DNA of 64,000 nt from an uncultured Candidatus Binatia bacterium (GTDB lineage Bacteria; Desulfobacterota; Binatia; UBA9968; JAJDTQ01). The stretch lies in the NCBI GenBank assembly GCA_965215605.1, contig OZ244070.1, positions 1,568,001 through 1,632,000 of the forward strand. The letters run 5' to 3'. A program made the position numbers and the translations under genes. Position 1 is the stretch's first letter, and the number at the start of each line of letters is the position of its first letter. The notes beneath the pieces are model-generated. The model saw only the letters and a list, made by a program, of their open reading frames with translations, had not been told where the DNA came from and did no database searches. This document shows, piece by piece, positions 44,253-53,680 of this stretch.

Positions 44253-46286
44253 TCAGCTCCAGTAGCGCAGCTTGACGATCAGGGCGACGACCACGGCTCC
44301 TACCACCACGTAGAGGTAGCTGTTGATGTTCCCGGTCTGGACCCTGCGGAAATTGTTGCCCACCGCGAAGGTCACGTTGGCCACCGCGTTGACCAGCATG
44401 TCGATGACGTACCTGTCGAACAGGCCGTTGAACCAGGAAATGACGATGGTGACCCTGGCCGTTCCATCCACGATGGTGTCGATGATGTAGCGGTCGAACG
44501 CCGCTCCGATCCGCGCCAGCAGCAAGGTGCCGCCGACGAAGACGAACTGGTAGACCTCGTCCACGTAGTACTTGTTGAACAATATGCGGTACGCGAATCC
44601 CTTGGCCTCCGGCGACTCATCCCGGGACGGGGTGCGGACGTAGTACAGGAACCACGCCAGCGCCACCCCCGCGGCGGCGGCGGCAATGGACACGCTCATG
44701 ACCCCGATCTCTTCCATCACCGCATGATGCTCGCCATGGGGGACGTGGATCACCGGATCGAGCCACTGGTCGAGCATGCTGCCGCCCATGAACGCCGGCA
44801 GCCCAAGGTAGCCCACGACGACCGAGCCGGCCGCGAGGATCCACAGCGGCCAGGTCATGATCTTCGGAGACTCGTGCAGGTGCTCCTGCACGTGGTGGTC
44901 GGCGCGGCATTCGCCGAAGAACACCATGAAGAACTGGCGGAACATGTAGAAGGCCGTGAGCCCCGCCACGAACACCGCCACGCCCCAGAGCAACTGGTTG
45001 TGAGTGGCCCAGGCCTGCCACAGGATCGCGTCCTTGGAGAAGAAGCCCGCCAGAAACGGCGTTCCGGCAATGGCCAGGACCGCGATGGCGAAGGTCCGGA
45101 AGGTCGCCGGCATCACCTTCCTCAAGCCGCCCATCTGCCGCATGTCCTGCTCCCCCTGCATGGCGTGGATGATGCTTCCGGAGCCGAGGAAGAGACAGGC
45201 CTTGAAGAACGCGTGGGTCAGCAGATGGAAGACGCCGGCGGAGTAGGCGGTCACCCCCATGGCCAGGAACATGTAGCCGAGCTGGCTGATGGTGGAGTAG
45301 GCCAGCACCCGCTTGATGTCGGTCTGGGTCACGGCGACGGTGGCGGCGAAAAAGGCCGTGGCGGCTCCCACCACCGCGATGATCTGCAGGGTCGCGGGGG
45401 CCGCCGAGAACAGCCCGTTGAGCCGCGCGATCATGTAGACCCCGGCCGTCACCATGGTGGCGGCGTGGATCAGCGCGCTCACGGGGGTCGGGCCCTGCAT
45501 GGCGTCCGGCAACCACACGTAGAGCGGGATCTGCGCCGACTTGCCGGTGGCGCCGATGAACAGCAGGATGGTCACGAGCGTCGCCACGCCGACGCCCCAG
45601 AGCTCCAGGTTGGCCAGGAGCCCCACGTGCTCCGCGATCTCGCGGAACACCAGCGTGCCCTGGCCTTGCCCGGACAACGTCCAGTAGAGCAGGAAGATGC
45701 CCAGCACGAAGCCGAAGTCGCCGATCCGGTTGACGATGAAGGCCTTGTTGCCGGCCCGGGTGTTGGTGTGGTCGGTGTACCAGAAGCCGATGAGCGCCCA
45801 GGAGCACAGCCCCACGCCCTCCCAGCCCACGAACATCACGAGCAGGTTGTCGCCGGTCACCAGCAGGAGCATGGAGAAGGTGAACAGGTTCAGGTAGGCG
45901 AAGTAGCGCCACATGGACCGGTCGTCGTGCATGTAGCCGATGGAGTAGAAGTGGATCAGTCCGCCGATGCCGCTCACCACCAGGATCATGATGGCCGACA
46001 GCGGGTCCACCCAGAACGCCACGTCCACGCTGAAGGAGCCCATGGGGATCCACGTGTAGAACGGGTCGATGAGGAAGCGTTCCTTTGCCGGCAGCGCCAG
46101 CAGCCGGCCGAAGGCCCACAGCGAGAGCAGGAAGGACAGGGTCACCGGGGCGCAGGCGATGAAGGCCACCATGCGCTTGCCCGCGCGTTCCTGTATGCGC
46201 GCCCCGAGCAGACCGTTCACCGCCGCGCCCAGCAGCGGGAACAGCACGATCCAGCGCAGAAAATCGGTTTGAACGGGGTGATCCAT
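44253..46286 (-). CDS. nuoL: NADH-quinone oxidoreductase subunit L
   Basis: GKSAQIPLYVWLPDAMQGPTPVSALIHAATMV motif. Confidence 0.97.
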   Translation of the reverse strand: MDHPVQTDFLRWIVLFPLLGAAVNGLLGARIQERAGKRMVAFIACAPVTLSFLLSLWAFGRLLALPAKERFLIDPFYTWIPMGSFSVDVAFWVDPLSAIMILVVSGIGGLIHFYSIGYMHDDRSMWRYFAYLNLFTFSMLLLVTGDNLLVMFVGWEGVGLCSWALIGFWYTDHTNTRAGNKAFIVNRIGDFGFVLGIFLLYWTLSGQGQGTLVFREIAEHVGLLANLELWGVGVATLVTILLFIGATGKSAQIPLYVWLPDAMQGPTPVSALIHAATMVTAGVYMIARLNGLFSAAPATLQIIAVVGAATAFFAATVAVTQTDIKRVLAYSTISQLGYMFLAMGVTAYSAGVFHLLTHAFFKACLFLGSGSIIHAMQGEQDMRQMGGLRKVMPATFRTFAIAVLAIAGTPFLAGFFSKDAILWQAWATHNQLLWGVAVFVAGLTAFYMFRQFFMVFFGECRADHHVQEHLHESPKIMTWPLWILAAGSVVVGYLGLPAFMGGSMLDQWLDPVIHVPHGEHHAVMEEIGVMSVSIAAAAAGVALAWFLYYVRTPSRDESPEAKGFAYRILFNKYYVDEVYQFVFVGGTLLLARIGAAFDRYIIDTIVDGTARVTIVISWFNGLFDRYVIDMLVNAVANVTFAVGNNFRRVQTGNINSYLYVVVGAVVVALIVKLRYWS

Positions 46287-46322
46287 GGCGAAGCTACTCG
46301 TGAAGGCTGACGAATCGGCCGG

Positions 46323-46655
46323 CTAATCCTTGAGCGTCTCGGTGGCCTCGACGTCGATGGTGGCAAAGAGCTGATAGATGGCGAGGACGATGGCCAAGCC
46401 GATGGCGGCCTCGGACGCCGCCAGCATGATGATGAAAACGGTGTAGATCTGCCCGTCGACGCTTCCGGTGCTGAAGTGCGAGAACGCGACGTAGTTCAGG
46501 CCGGCGGAGTTCAGGATCAGCTCGACTCCCAGAAGGATGCTGATGGCGTTGCGCCGGGTGAGAACGATGTAGATGCCCAGCGCGAACAGGATGCCCGCCA
46601 CCACCAGGTAGTGCTCCAGTCCGACCTTCGTCAACATTGCAACGTATGCAGCCAT
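46323..46655 (-). CDS. nuoK: NADH-quinone oxidoreductase subunit K (alternative start 46637)
   Basis: RRN...ELILN...AASEAAIGLA motifs. Confidence 0.93.
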   Translation of the reverse strand: MAAYVAMLTKVGLEHYLVVAGILFALGIYIVLTRRNAISILLGVELILNSAGLNYVAFSHFSTGSVDGQIYTVFIIMLAASEAAIGLAIVLAIYQLFATIDVEATETLKD

Positions 46656-46666
46656 CTCGCGAAACT

Positions 46667-47173
46667 CTATTCCTTGATTTCCTTGCGCGACAGCGTGATG
46701 GCGCCGATGAGGGCCACCAGCAGCACCACCGCGGCGATCTGGAACGGCAGCAGGTAGTCGCGGAGGAAAAGGTTGCCGATCATCGCCGTGGTGGGCTCGT
46801 ACGCCACTTCCTTGACCTTCACCCAGTCGGTCCGGCCGATGGCGTAGATCAGGATGCCCAGGAACACCGCCACCGCCACGAGCCCGGGAATCCGGCCCAC
46901 CGTGCGGTTGGTGATGTCGATGTCACTGATCCGGTGGGTCAGCATCACCGCGAACAGGATCAGCACCAGAATGCCGCCGACGTAGATCAACACCTGCACC
47001 GCCGCCACGAAGTCCGCGCCCAGGAACACGTAGAGCCCGGCCACGCCGCCGAAGGTGCCCAGCAGCGAAAAGGCCGAATGCACGATGTTGCGCGAGAACG
47101 CCACGATGCAGGCAGACCCGACCACGACGAGCGAAACCAGATAGAAGATGAGGACGTCTAAGGAAATCTCCAT
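46667..47173 (-). CDS. nuoJ: NADH-quinone oxidoreductase subunit J
   Basis: QVLIYVGGILVL, YLLPF motifs. Confidence 0.93.
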   Translation of the reverse strand: MEISLDVLIFYLVSLVVVGSACIVAFSRNIVHSAFSLLGTFGGVAGLYVFLGADFVAAVQVLIYVGGILVLILFAVMLTHRISDIDITNRTVGRIPGLVAVAVFLGILIYAIGRTDWVKVKEVAYEPTTAMIGNLFLRDYLLPFQIAAVVLLVALIGAITLSRKEIKE

Positions 47174-47291
47174 GATCAAAACACCCTTTAACGGGGATAC
47201 TGGCGGCTCGCACAGGCCACGCGCCGTAGCGGCGGGGCCGGGAGCCTGTCCGACGAAGAGTCCTGCGAACCCCGAGATGGCCGGCGGACCG

Positions 47292-47831
47292 TCAGTTTTC
47301 CGGCTCGGCCACCTCGTCCATGTACCTCTTTCCGATTTCCACCTTCTGAATCATTCGGGGTTCCGTCTCCCCACCCTTCTGCGGCTTGTAAAGAGGCACT
47401 TTCTCGGTGATGAAATGCCGCACCAGACCGGCGGGATTGTTGCAGGCGCCCTCGAACTCCTGCGTGTGACGGATGGATCCCGTGGGGCAGGCCTCCATGC
47501 ACAGCCCACAATACATGCACTTGCATATGTCGATGTCAAATTGGCTGAAGTCGCGCTGCTTCGTCTCCTTGTTCATCTCGATGCCGATGGCGATGCAGTT
47601 GATCGGGCACACCCGCTCACACGCCAGGCAGCCGGTGCAGATGTCCATGTCGACCTCGAGGATGCCCCGGTAGCGCAACGGCAGGGTCGCCTGCACCTGC
47701 TGCGCGATGCGGTCGGGATACTGCACCGTCGACGGCTCGCGGACGAAGTGGGAGAAGGTGATGGTCATCCCCTCGAAGATGCTCACCACCGTGTCTTTGA
47801 CGTTCTGGAAGTATTCGATGACTCCGTTCAT
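47292..47831 (-). CDS. nuoI: NADH-quinone oxidoreductase subunit I
   Basis: TVQYP; two CxxCxxCxxxCP motifs; true start MNGVIEY. Confidence 0.92.
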   Translation of the reverse strand: MNGVIEYFQNVKDTVVSIFEGMTITFSHFVREPSTVQYPDRIAQQVQATLPLRYRGILEVDMDICTGCLACERVCPINCIAIGIEMNKETKQRDFSQFDIDICKCMYCGLCMEACPTGSIRHTQEFEGACNNPAGLVRHFITEKVPLYKPQKGGETEPRMIQKVEIGKRYMDEVAEPEN

Positions 47832-47857
47832 GGACGTTTCCCCGCCGATCCTGGATC

Positions 47858-49060
47858 CTACACGTACGGCTTGAAATAGAGGGTGGGGCGCGAGTGCATG
47901 ATCTGGAAGACCACCCGCCAAACGAAATAAAGCACGACGAGACACGACACCGCCAACGTGGCGAGCGTCAACGTCATGTTCCCCTCGGGCCAGATCACCA
48001 AGAACAGGATGGTGCCGAAGAGACAGATGAACGTGATGGGCACCATGTACTTCCAGCACATGGCCATGAGCTGGTCCACCCGCACCCGCGGCAGGGTGCC
48101 GCGCACCCACATGGCGACGAAGGCCCAGAGATACGCCTTGACGAAGAAAACCGCGAACTCCAGCACGCCCTTGAGCAGCGGGTGTTCGGCCATGGTCATC
48201 CCGAAGATCGTCGCCGGGATCTGCCAGCCGCCGAGGAACAGGGTCGCGGCAATGGCGCCGATGACATACAGGTTGCCCCACTCCGCGAAGAAGAAGAACA
48301 GGAAGCGCATGCCGCTGTACTCGGTGACGTAGCCGGCCACCAGCTCGGATTCGGCTTCGGGAATGTCGAACGGCGTGCGGTTGCCCTCGGCCAACGCGGA
48401 AATGAAGAACATGAAAAAGGCGACCAGCGTGAAGGGGTTGTAGAAGATGAACCACTCCCAGGGGGCCCAGCCCTGGGCCTGGATGATCCCCTGCATGCTG
48501 AGCGTGCCCGACAGGAAGATCACCGTGAGCACGGAAAGGCCGGCGGGGATCTCGTAGCTGACGATCTGCGCGGCCGAGCGCATGCCCCCAAGGAGCGACC
48601 ACTTGTTGTTGGAGGACCAGCCCGCCATCAGGATCCCCACCACCACCAGGGAGGTGATGGCCAACAGATAGAGGATGCCGATGTTGAGGTCCGCGGGGAT
48701 CAGCCAACTGCCGAAGGGGATCACCACGAAGGCGCCCAGGAACCCCGAGAAGACGATGTACGGCGCCAGCAGGAAGAGCTTCCTGTCGGCGGACGCCGGG
48801 ATGATGTCCTCTTTCTGGATGTTCTTGACGCCGTCCGCGAGCCACTGGAGCAAGCCCTGGGGCCCCACCCGGTTGGGGCCGACCCGGGACTGCATGCGCG
48901 CCCAGACGCGCCGTTCCAGCCAACTGGTCACGCCGGCCAGCGGCGCCACGAAGGCGGACAGAACGACGAAGGCCACCGCCACAGCCGCCAGGGCATAGGC
49001 CAGAGCCACCGGAACGGCGCCCGGCAACAACGTCGCGATCAGGTCTTGTACGGTATTCAT
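47858..49060 (-). CDS. nuoH: NADH-quinone oxidoreductase subunit H
   Basis: ERR...GPNRVG, NRTPFDIPEAESELVAG motifs. Confidence 0.96.
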   Translation of the reverse strand: MNTVQDLIATLLPGAVPVALAYALAAVAVAFVVLSAFVAPLAGVTSWLERRVWARMQSRVGPNRVGPQGLLQWLADGVKNIQKEDIIPASADRKLFLLAPYIVFSGFLGAFVVIPFGSWLIPADLNIGILYLLAITSLVVVGILMAGWSSNNKWSLLGGMRSAAQIVSYEIPAGLSVLTVIFLSGTLSMQGIIQAQGWAPWEWFIFYNPFTLVAFFMFFISALAEGNRTPFDIPEAESELVAGYVTEYSGMRFLFFFFAEWGNLYVIGAIAATLFLGGWQIPATIFGMTMAEHPLLKGVLEFAVFFVKAYLWAFVAMWVRGTLPRVRVDQLMAMCWKYMVPITFICLFGTILFLVIWPEGNMTLTLATLAVSCLVVLYFVWRVVFQIMHSRPTLYFKPYV

Positions 49061-49068
49061 CTCTCAGC

Positions 49069-50205
49069 CTAGCGGTCGATCTCGGGAGCGTCCACGTCCA
49101 GGCTCGCGATCAGCGCGATCAGGTCGGCCACCATGATCCCCGGACTGATCTTGTCGATGATGCTCATGGCCGTGAACGAGCCGGTGCGTATCCTCACGCG
49201 GTAGGGGTACTCGCTGCCGTCGCTGACCACGTAGTAGCCCATGTCCCCGCGCGGCGCCTCGATGCGCACGTAGGTCTCGCCCGCCGGCGGCTTGAACTTG
49301 CGCGCCACCTTGGCGATGGCCGGGCCGTCGGGCATCTTGTCGAAGCACTGGCGGAGAATCTTGCAGCTCTCCATCAACTCCCGTATCCGGACGTAGTAGC
49401 GGTCGTAGGAATCGCCCAAGGTGCCGCGCTCGCCGCGTCCCACCGGAACCTCGAAGTCCAGGTCCGGATAGGCCGAGTAGGGAATGTCCCGGCGGATGTC
49501 CCACCGGACCCCGGACGCCCGCAGGTTGGGGCCCACGAGGTTGTACTGGAGCGCGTCCTCCCTGGAGATCACCGCGACGTTGGCCAGCCGCTCGATGAAG
49601 ATCTTGTTGTAGGACAGCAGCCGGTTGTACTCGTCGACGATGGGTTCGAAGTGGTCCAGGAACGCGGTGATGCGCTTGCACGTCTCCGGCTTGATATCGT
49701 AGCCGACGCCGCCGATGCGCAGGTAGTTGTAGGTGAGGCGAGCGCCGCAGATCTCCTCCATGAGGTCATTGATGGTCTCCCGCTCCCGGAGCGCATGCAG
49801 GAAGGGGGTGATGGCGCCGATGTCCTGCCCGAAGGTGCCCACCGCGATGAGGTGACTGGCAATGCGGTTGAGCTCGCAGGCGATGACCCGGCAATACTCG
49901 CCGCGGGGCGGCACCTCGACGTTGGCCAGCCGCTCCGCCGCCATGCAGAAGCCCTGGTTGGCGAACATGGCGGCCAGATAGTCGGCCCGGTCGGTGTAGG
50001 GAACGTAGCCGTGCCAAGTGCACTTCTCGCCGATCTTCTCGATGGAGCGGTGCAGGTAGCCGACGTCCGGGATGGCTTCGTTGATGACCTCCCCGTCCGT
50101 CTTGACCACGAACCGCAGCACCCCGTGGGTGCTCGGATGCTGCGGACCCACGTTCAGGGTCATGTCTTCGGTGTGCAAGCCGGTGCGTTCGGCGACCTCA
50201 GCCAT
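49069..50205 (-). CDS. nuoD: NADH-quinone oxidoreductase subunit D
   Basis: [28 protein letters not shown] motifs; no NiFe CxxC. Confidence 0.95.
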   Translation of the reverse strand: MAEVAERTGLHTEDMTLNVGPQHPSTHGVLRFVVKTDGEVINEAIPDVGYLHRSIEKIGEKCTWHGYVPYTDRADYLAAMFANQGFCMAAERLANVEVPPRGEYCRVIACELNRIASHLIAVGTFGQDIGAITPFLHALRERETINDLMEEICGARLTYNYLRIGGVGYDIKPETCKRITAFLDHFEPIVDEYNRLLSYNKIFIERLANVAVISREDALQYNLVGPNLRASGVRWDIRRDIPYSAYPDLDFEVPVGRGERGTLGDSYDRYYVRIRELMESCKILRQCFDKMPDGPAIAKVARKFKPPAGETYVRIEAPRGDMGYYVVSDGSEYPYRVRIRTGSFTAMSIIDKISPGIMVADLIALIASLDVDAPEIDR

Positions 50206-50220
50206 GAGTTCCTTCCTTCG

Positions 50221-50727
50221 TCAACGCATGTTCTCCGGAACCAGCGGCTCGCGCTCGGTGCTGATGCCGTCGTACTCTTCCTGCTCCACGAAGTCCTTGC
50301 GCAGGGGATAACCGACCCAGTCTTCCGGCAGCAGGATCCGGCGCAGGTCGGAATGCCCTTCGAAGACGACGCCGAAGAGGTCGAACACCTCCCGCTCGAA
50401 CCAGTTGGCGACCTTCCAGACGTCTTCCACCGTGGCGATCCGGGGCGCATCCCGGTCCACGTCCGCCTTGACCACGATCTCCTGCCGGGGCTCGTAGGAG
50501 TACAGATGGTAGACGACCCGGATGACGTTGTCCGTCGGGAGATCCACCGCGGTGAGGTCGGAGAGCACGCCGAGCTTCAGCGCGTCGTCGTCCCGCAACG
50601 CCAGACAGACCTCCTTGAGGCTGGCCGGTTTCACCTTGAAGAACGGCTCCAGGCCCTGCTCGTCGAGGTCCTCCACGCCGCCGGGGCAAAGCTGTCGGAC
50701 GCGCTCGTGTATCTCTTTTGCCGTCAT
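50221..50727 (-). CDS. nuoC: NADH-quinone oxidoreductase subunit C
   Basis: WFEREVFDLFG..F.GH.DLRRILL...GYPLRKD motif. Confidence 0.95.
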   Translation of the reverse strand: MTAKEIHERVRQLCPGGVEDLDEQGLEPFFKVKPASLKEVCLALRDDDALKLGVLSDLTAVDLPTDNVIRVVYHLYSYEPRQEIVVKADVDRDAPRIATVEDVWKVANWFEREVFDLFGVVFEGHSDLRRILLPEDWVGYPLRKDFVEQEEYDGISTEREPLVPENMR

Positions 50728-50769
50728 GTCGTCGTTACCTGCCTGGTGGCCTGGCCGTCCGCGCCGCCG

Positions 50770-51147
50770 CTAGTTCTTCACCCACTCCAGGTCGCCCTTG
50801 CACCAGTCGTAGATGAGGCCCAGGAACACGATGAGGGTGAAGACGGCGATGGCGCCGAAGGCGAACAGACCGGCGTCGTTCTGAAGCCAGTCGCGGAAGA
50901 CGACGGCCACCGGGAAGATGAAGGCGATCTCCACCTCGAAGATGATGAAGATCAGGGCGATGAAGTAGAACCGGACGTTGAAGTTGACCCACGCGCTTCC
51001 GGACGCGGGCTCGCCGCACTCATAGGTGGAGAGTTTCCTGAGCTGGGGATTGTTGGGCCGCAGCAGGCGGCCGATCAACAGGTTCACCCAGACGAAGGCC
51101 GCACCCAACAAAGTGAAACACAGCACGCTGGCGAAGTCGAAAAGCAT
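50770..51147 (-). CDS. nuoA: NADH-quinone oxidoreductase subunit A
   Basis: YECG, FYFIALIFIIFEVE, KGDLEW motifs. Confidence 0.95.
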   Translation of the reverse strand: MLFDFASVLCFTLLGAAFVWVNLLIGRLLRPNNPQLRKLSTYECGEPASGSAWVNFNVRFYFIALIFIIFEVEIAFIFPVAVVFRDWLQNDAGLFAFGAIAVFTLIVFLGLIYDWCKGDLEWVKN

Positions 51148-51194
51148 TTTTCCTCGGGTAAGATAAAGAAATCAATAACCTTTTGCAGAGGGTC

Positions 51195-51224
51195 ACTATA
51201 TACACAAAAGCCATTCCCGGTCAA
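51195..51224 (-). promoter_or_regulatory. Putative sigma70 promoter of the nuo operon (TTGACC-18-TATAGT)
   Basis: Hexamers in an AT-rich region upstream of nuoA. Confidence 0.55.
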
Positions 51225-51353
51225 CAAACCGGCCCCTGCGCTCCGCCGGCCTCCTTACACTGCCCAACCATTCCTGTTACCTTGCTCCCGAGAGTCGCGG
51301 CCCCGGCAATCCACGGCCGCCGCCACCCCGCAAAATGGGAGAGATGAACCGCC

Positions 51354-52346
51354 ATGGGCAAAGTAAGCATCACCGTCGCCTGTTGGGATTATGACCGGAC
51401 ACGCCCCTTGCAGGAGGGCCGTGTCCCCGTGGAAGGGGTCGACCTGACCTACCTGCCGTTCCGCGTGGAGGAGACCTTCTGGCGCATGTTGCGCTACCAG
51501 GACTTCGACGCCGCCGAGATGTCCATGGGCTCCTACCTGATGTCCAAGGACAAGGGAAACCCGCGGTTCGTGGCGATTCCCGTGTTCCCCTCCCGCGCCT
51601 TCCGGCACTCCGGAATCTACATCCATACCGGCTCCGGCATCAAGGAAGCCGGCGATCTCACGGGCAAGCGGGTCGGCGTCCCCGAGTACCAGATGACCGC
51701 GGCCATCTGGCAGCGCGGCATCCTGCAGCACGAGTACGGTGTCGATCTCGAGAAGGTGAACTGGTTCACCGGCGGGGAAGAGACCCCCGGCCGGGAGGAA
51801 AAGCTCCGTCCGGACCTGCCCGACTCCCTTTCCATCACCCCGATCGGGCCGGGGCAGACGCTCTCTTCCATGCTGGAGACCGGCGAGCTCGACGCCCTGA
51901 TCTCGGCCCACATGCCGTCGCCGTTCGTGCGCCGCTCCCCCGGGGTGGCGCGGCTCTTCCCGGACTTCCGTCCGGTGGAAGAGGACTACTTCCGCAAGAC
52001 CGGCATCTTTCCCATCATGCACACCGTGGTGTTTCGGGAGGACGTCTACGAACGCCATCCCTGGGTGGCCCAGAACCTCTACAAGGCCTTCTGCGAGTCG
52101 AAGCGGCTCTGCGCCGAATCCGTCTACGAGTACTCCGCGCTGAAGTACATGCTGGCCTGGTCCATCGAGCAGATGGAAAAGGAGAAGGATCTCATGGGAC
52201 CCGACCCCTGGCCTTACGGGCTCGAAGCCAACCGCCACGTCCTGGAGACGCTGGTGGGCTACGCCCACGAGCAGGGCCTGATCAAGCAGCCGCTCGAGGT
52301 GGACAGCCTGTTCGCGCCGAGCACGCTGAACGAGTTCAAGGTGTAG
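51354..52346 (+). CDS. 4,5-dihydroxyphthalate decarboxylase-like protein (type II periplasmic-binding fold, cytoplasmic)
   Basis: YDRT, EMSM, PVFPSRAFRH, EYQMTA, FPIMH, DPWPYG..AN motifs; no signal peptide. Confidence 0.8.
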   Translation: MGKVSITVACWDYDRTRPLQEGRVPVEGVDLTYLPFRVEETFWRMLRYQDFDAAEMSMGSYLMSKDKGNPRFVAIPVFPSRAFRHSGIYIHTGSGIKEAGDLTGKRVGVPEYQMTAAIWQRGILQHEYGVDLEKVNWFTGGEETPGREEKLRPDLPDSLSITPIGPGQTLSSMLETGELDALISAHMPSPFVRRSPGVARLFPDFRPVEEDYFRKTGIFPIMHTVVFREDVYERHPWVAQNLYKAFCESKRLCAESVYEYSALKYMLAWSIEQMEKEKDLMGPDPWPYGLEANRHVLETLVGYAHEQGLIKQPLEVDSLFAPSTLNEFKV

Positions 52347-52371
52347 GGGCGCCGCCTGAACGGACGACGCC

Positions 52372-52953
52372 ATGTCCGACCCTGACAAACCCGACGTTGA
52401 AGCCCCCGCCTCTGAGGAAGCGGGCGCAGCCGGCGACCCCGCCGTCCAGGAGGTGAAGTGGTGGATCGACACCGGCACCAAGCTCCAGCCGGATAGGGGC
52501 GAGCGGGAGCCCATCGGTGTCATCGAGCGCTGGGCCTTCGAGCTCCTGAAGGACTACCGGCAGGAACAGGCGCTCAAGAACATCGTGGACATCAACGGCC
52601 AGGCCCTGCGCGAGCTCGACACCAACGAAGACCGCTGGGTATACCTCTCGCTGGGCGTCGGCGAGTTCCCCGCCAAGCGCCTCGACCACATCAAGGACTC
52701 CCTTCGAATCCCGCGCTACGCCCGGGCGCTGGCCATCGACGCGGGCTACTCGATCCGCGTCCTGCTCACCGGCGACCCTCCGGGCGATAAGGTGCTGGAA
52801 ATCAACTTCACCGACGCACCCTCGCTCGACTACTGGATCAACGGCGAGTTGATTGAAGAGCGGATGTTCCGCTCCATCGACGACGCCCTCAAGCGCCTGC
52901 GGAACTCGGTTCACAGGTACCTGCGGAAAACTTTGGTCCAGGCAGAACCATGA
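52372..52953 (+). CDS. Hypothetical protein
   Basis: 193-aa ORF with host-like GC3 bias; no recognised motif. Confidence 0.7.
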   Translation: MSDPDKPDVEAPASEEAGAAGDPAVQEVKWWIDTGTKLQPDRGEREPIGVIERWAFELLKDYRQEQALKNIVDINGQALRELDTNEDRWVYLSLGVGEFPAKRLDHIKDSLRIPRYARALAIDAGYSIRVLLTGDPPGDKVLEINFTDAPSLDYWINGELIEERMFRSIDDALKRLRNSVHRYLRKTLVQAEP

Positions 52954-52977
52954 GCTTCAGACGACAATCAACCGACG

Positions 52978-53436
52978 ATGGACATGACGACCGCCGGGGG
53001 CATGAATTCACTCGCATACGCCGCAGCAGCGATACTCGGAGGGCGAAGAGCCCTCGGCGTAGACGTGGACACTGATGCTGACATGACCCAAGCAGTGGAA
53101 CATGGGTTCTCTGTCATAGCCCTTGACGCCTTGAAGCAGCGAGGGGTCACGGATCAGGAAATTGGCGACTTGATCATAAAACCCCGCACTCTTTCCCACC
53201 GAAAGGCAGGGCCCGGGAGGTTGACGGTTGAGGAATCTGATCGTGCAGCACGCGCGGCTCGGGTCATCGCGCTGGCGGAAAAGACTTTCGCAAACCGGGT
53301 AAAGGCCGATCTCTGGCTTCGCAAGAGCCTCGCTTCCCTGGATGACCGACGCCCCATGGACCTGATCCAAACAGCGTCGGGTACCCGCCTCGTTGAAGAC
53401 ATCCTGGCGAAGATCGCCTGGGGCGCCGCAGCCTGA
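52978..53436 (+). CDS. Xre/MbcA/ParS-type antitoxin
   Basis: RTLSHRK...LTVEESDR, WLRKS..SL..RRPMDL...G..LVE pattern; TGA/ATG overlap with the RES gene. Confidence 0.88.
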   Translation: MDMTTAGGMNSLAYAAAAILGGRRALGVDVDTDADMTQAVEHGFSVIALDALKQRGVTDQEIGDLIIKPRTLSHRKAGPGRLTVEESDRAARAARVIALAEKTFANRVKADLWLRKSLASLDDRRPMDLIQTASGTRLVEDILAKIAWGAAA

Positions 53437-53666
53437 TGCGGCTGTGGCGGCTTTCGAACGCCGAGGATGCCGGCCGCTTCGGCTTGCACCACGATGGCCG
53501 CTGGAATACGCGCGGGCGCCCCGTAACCTATGGCGCCACCGGTCCGGCACTTTGTGTGCTGGAGAAGCTGGTCCACGTGGAGGATCCGGCACTGTTGCCG
53601 GATGGCACCGCGCTCACCTACGCCGAAACCTTCGAATACGATCCGCGCCTGCTGACCTTCCAGTAG
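53436..53666 (+). pseudogene. RES-domain toxin with internal in-frame deletion (76 aa)
   Basis: N-terminal WRL..GRWN..Y...LE.LVH joined directly to the C-terminal F.YDPRL; the central part with the VPS motif is absent. Confidence 0.75.
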
Positions 53667-53680
53667 TCGGCCAAGCGGCT

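Noticed and set aside
47200-47260. Imperfect hairpin between nuoI and nuoJ
   Set aside because: Only about 10 bp in GC-rich DNA with no U-tract; cannot support a terminator or ncRNA call.
49069-50205. Group 4 NiFe hydrogenase interpretation of the nuo-like cluster
   Set aside because: The large subunit lacks both CxxC Ni-binding motifs and ends in EIDR like NuoD.
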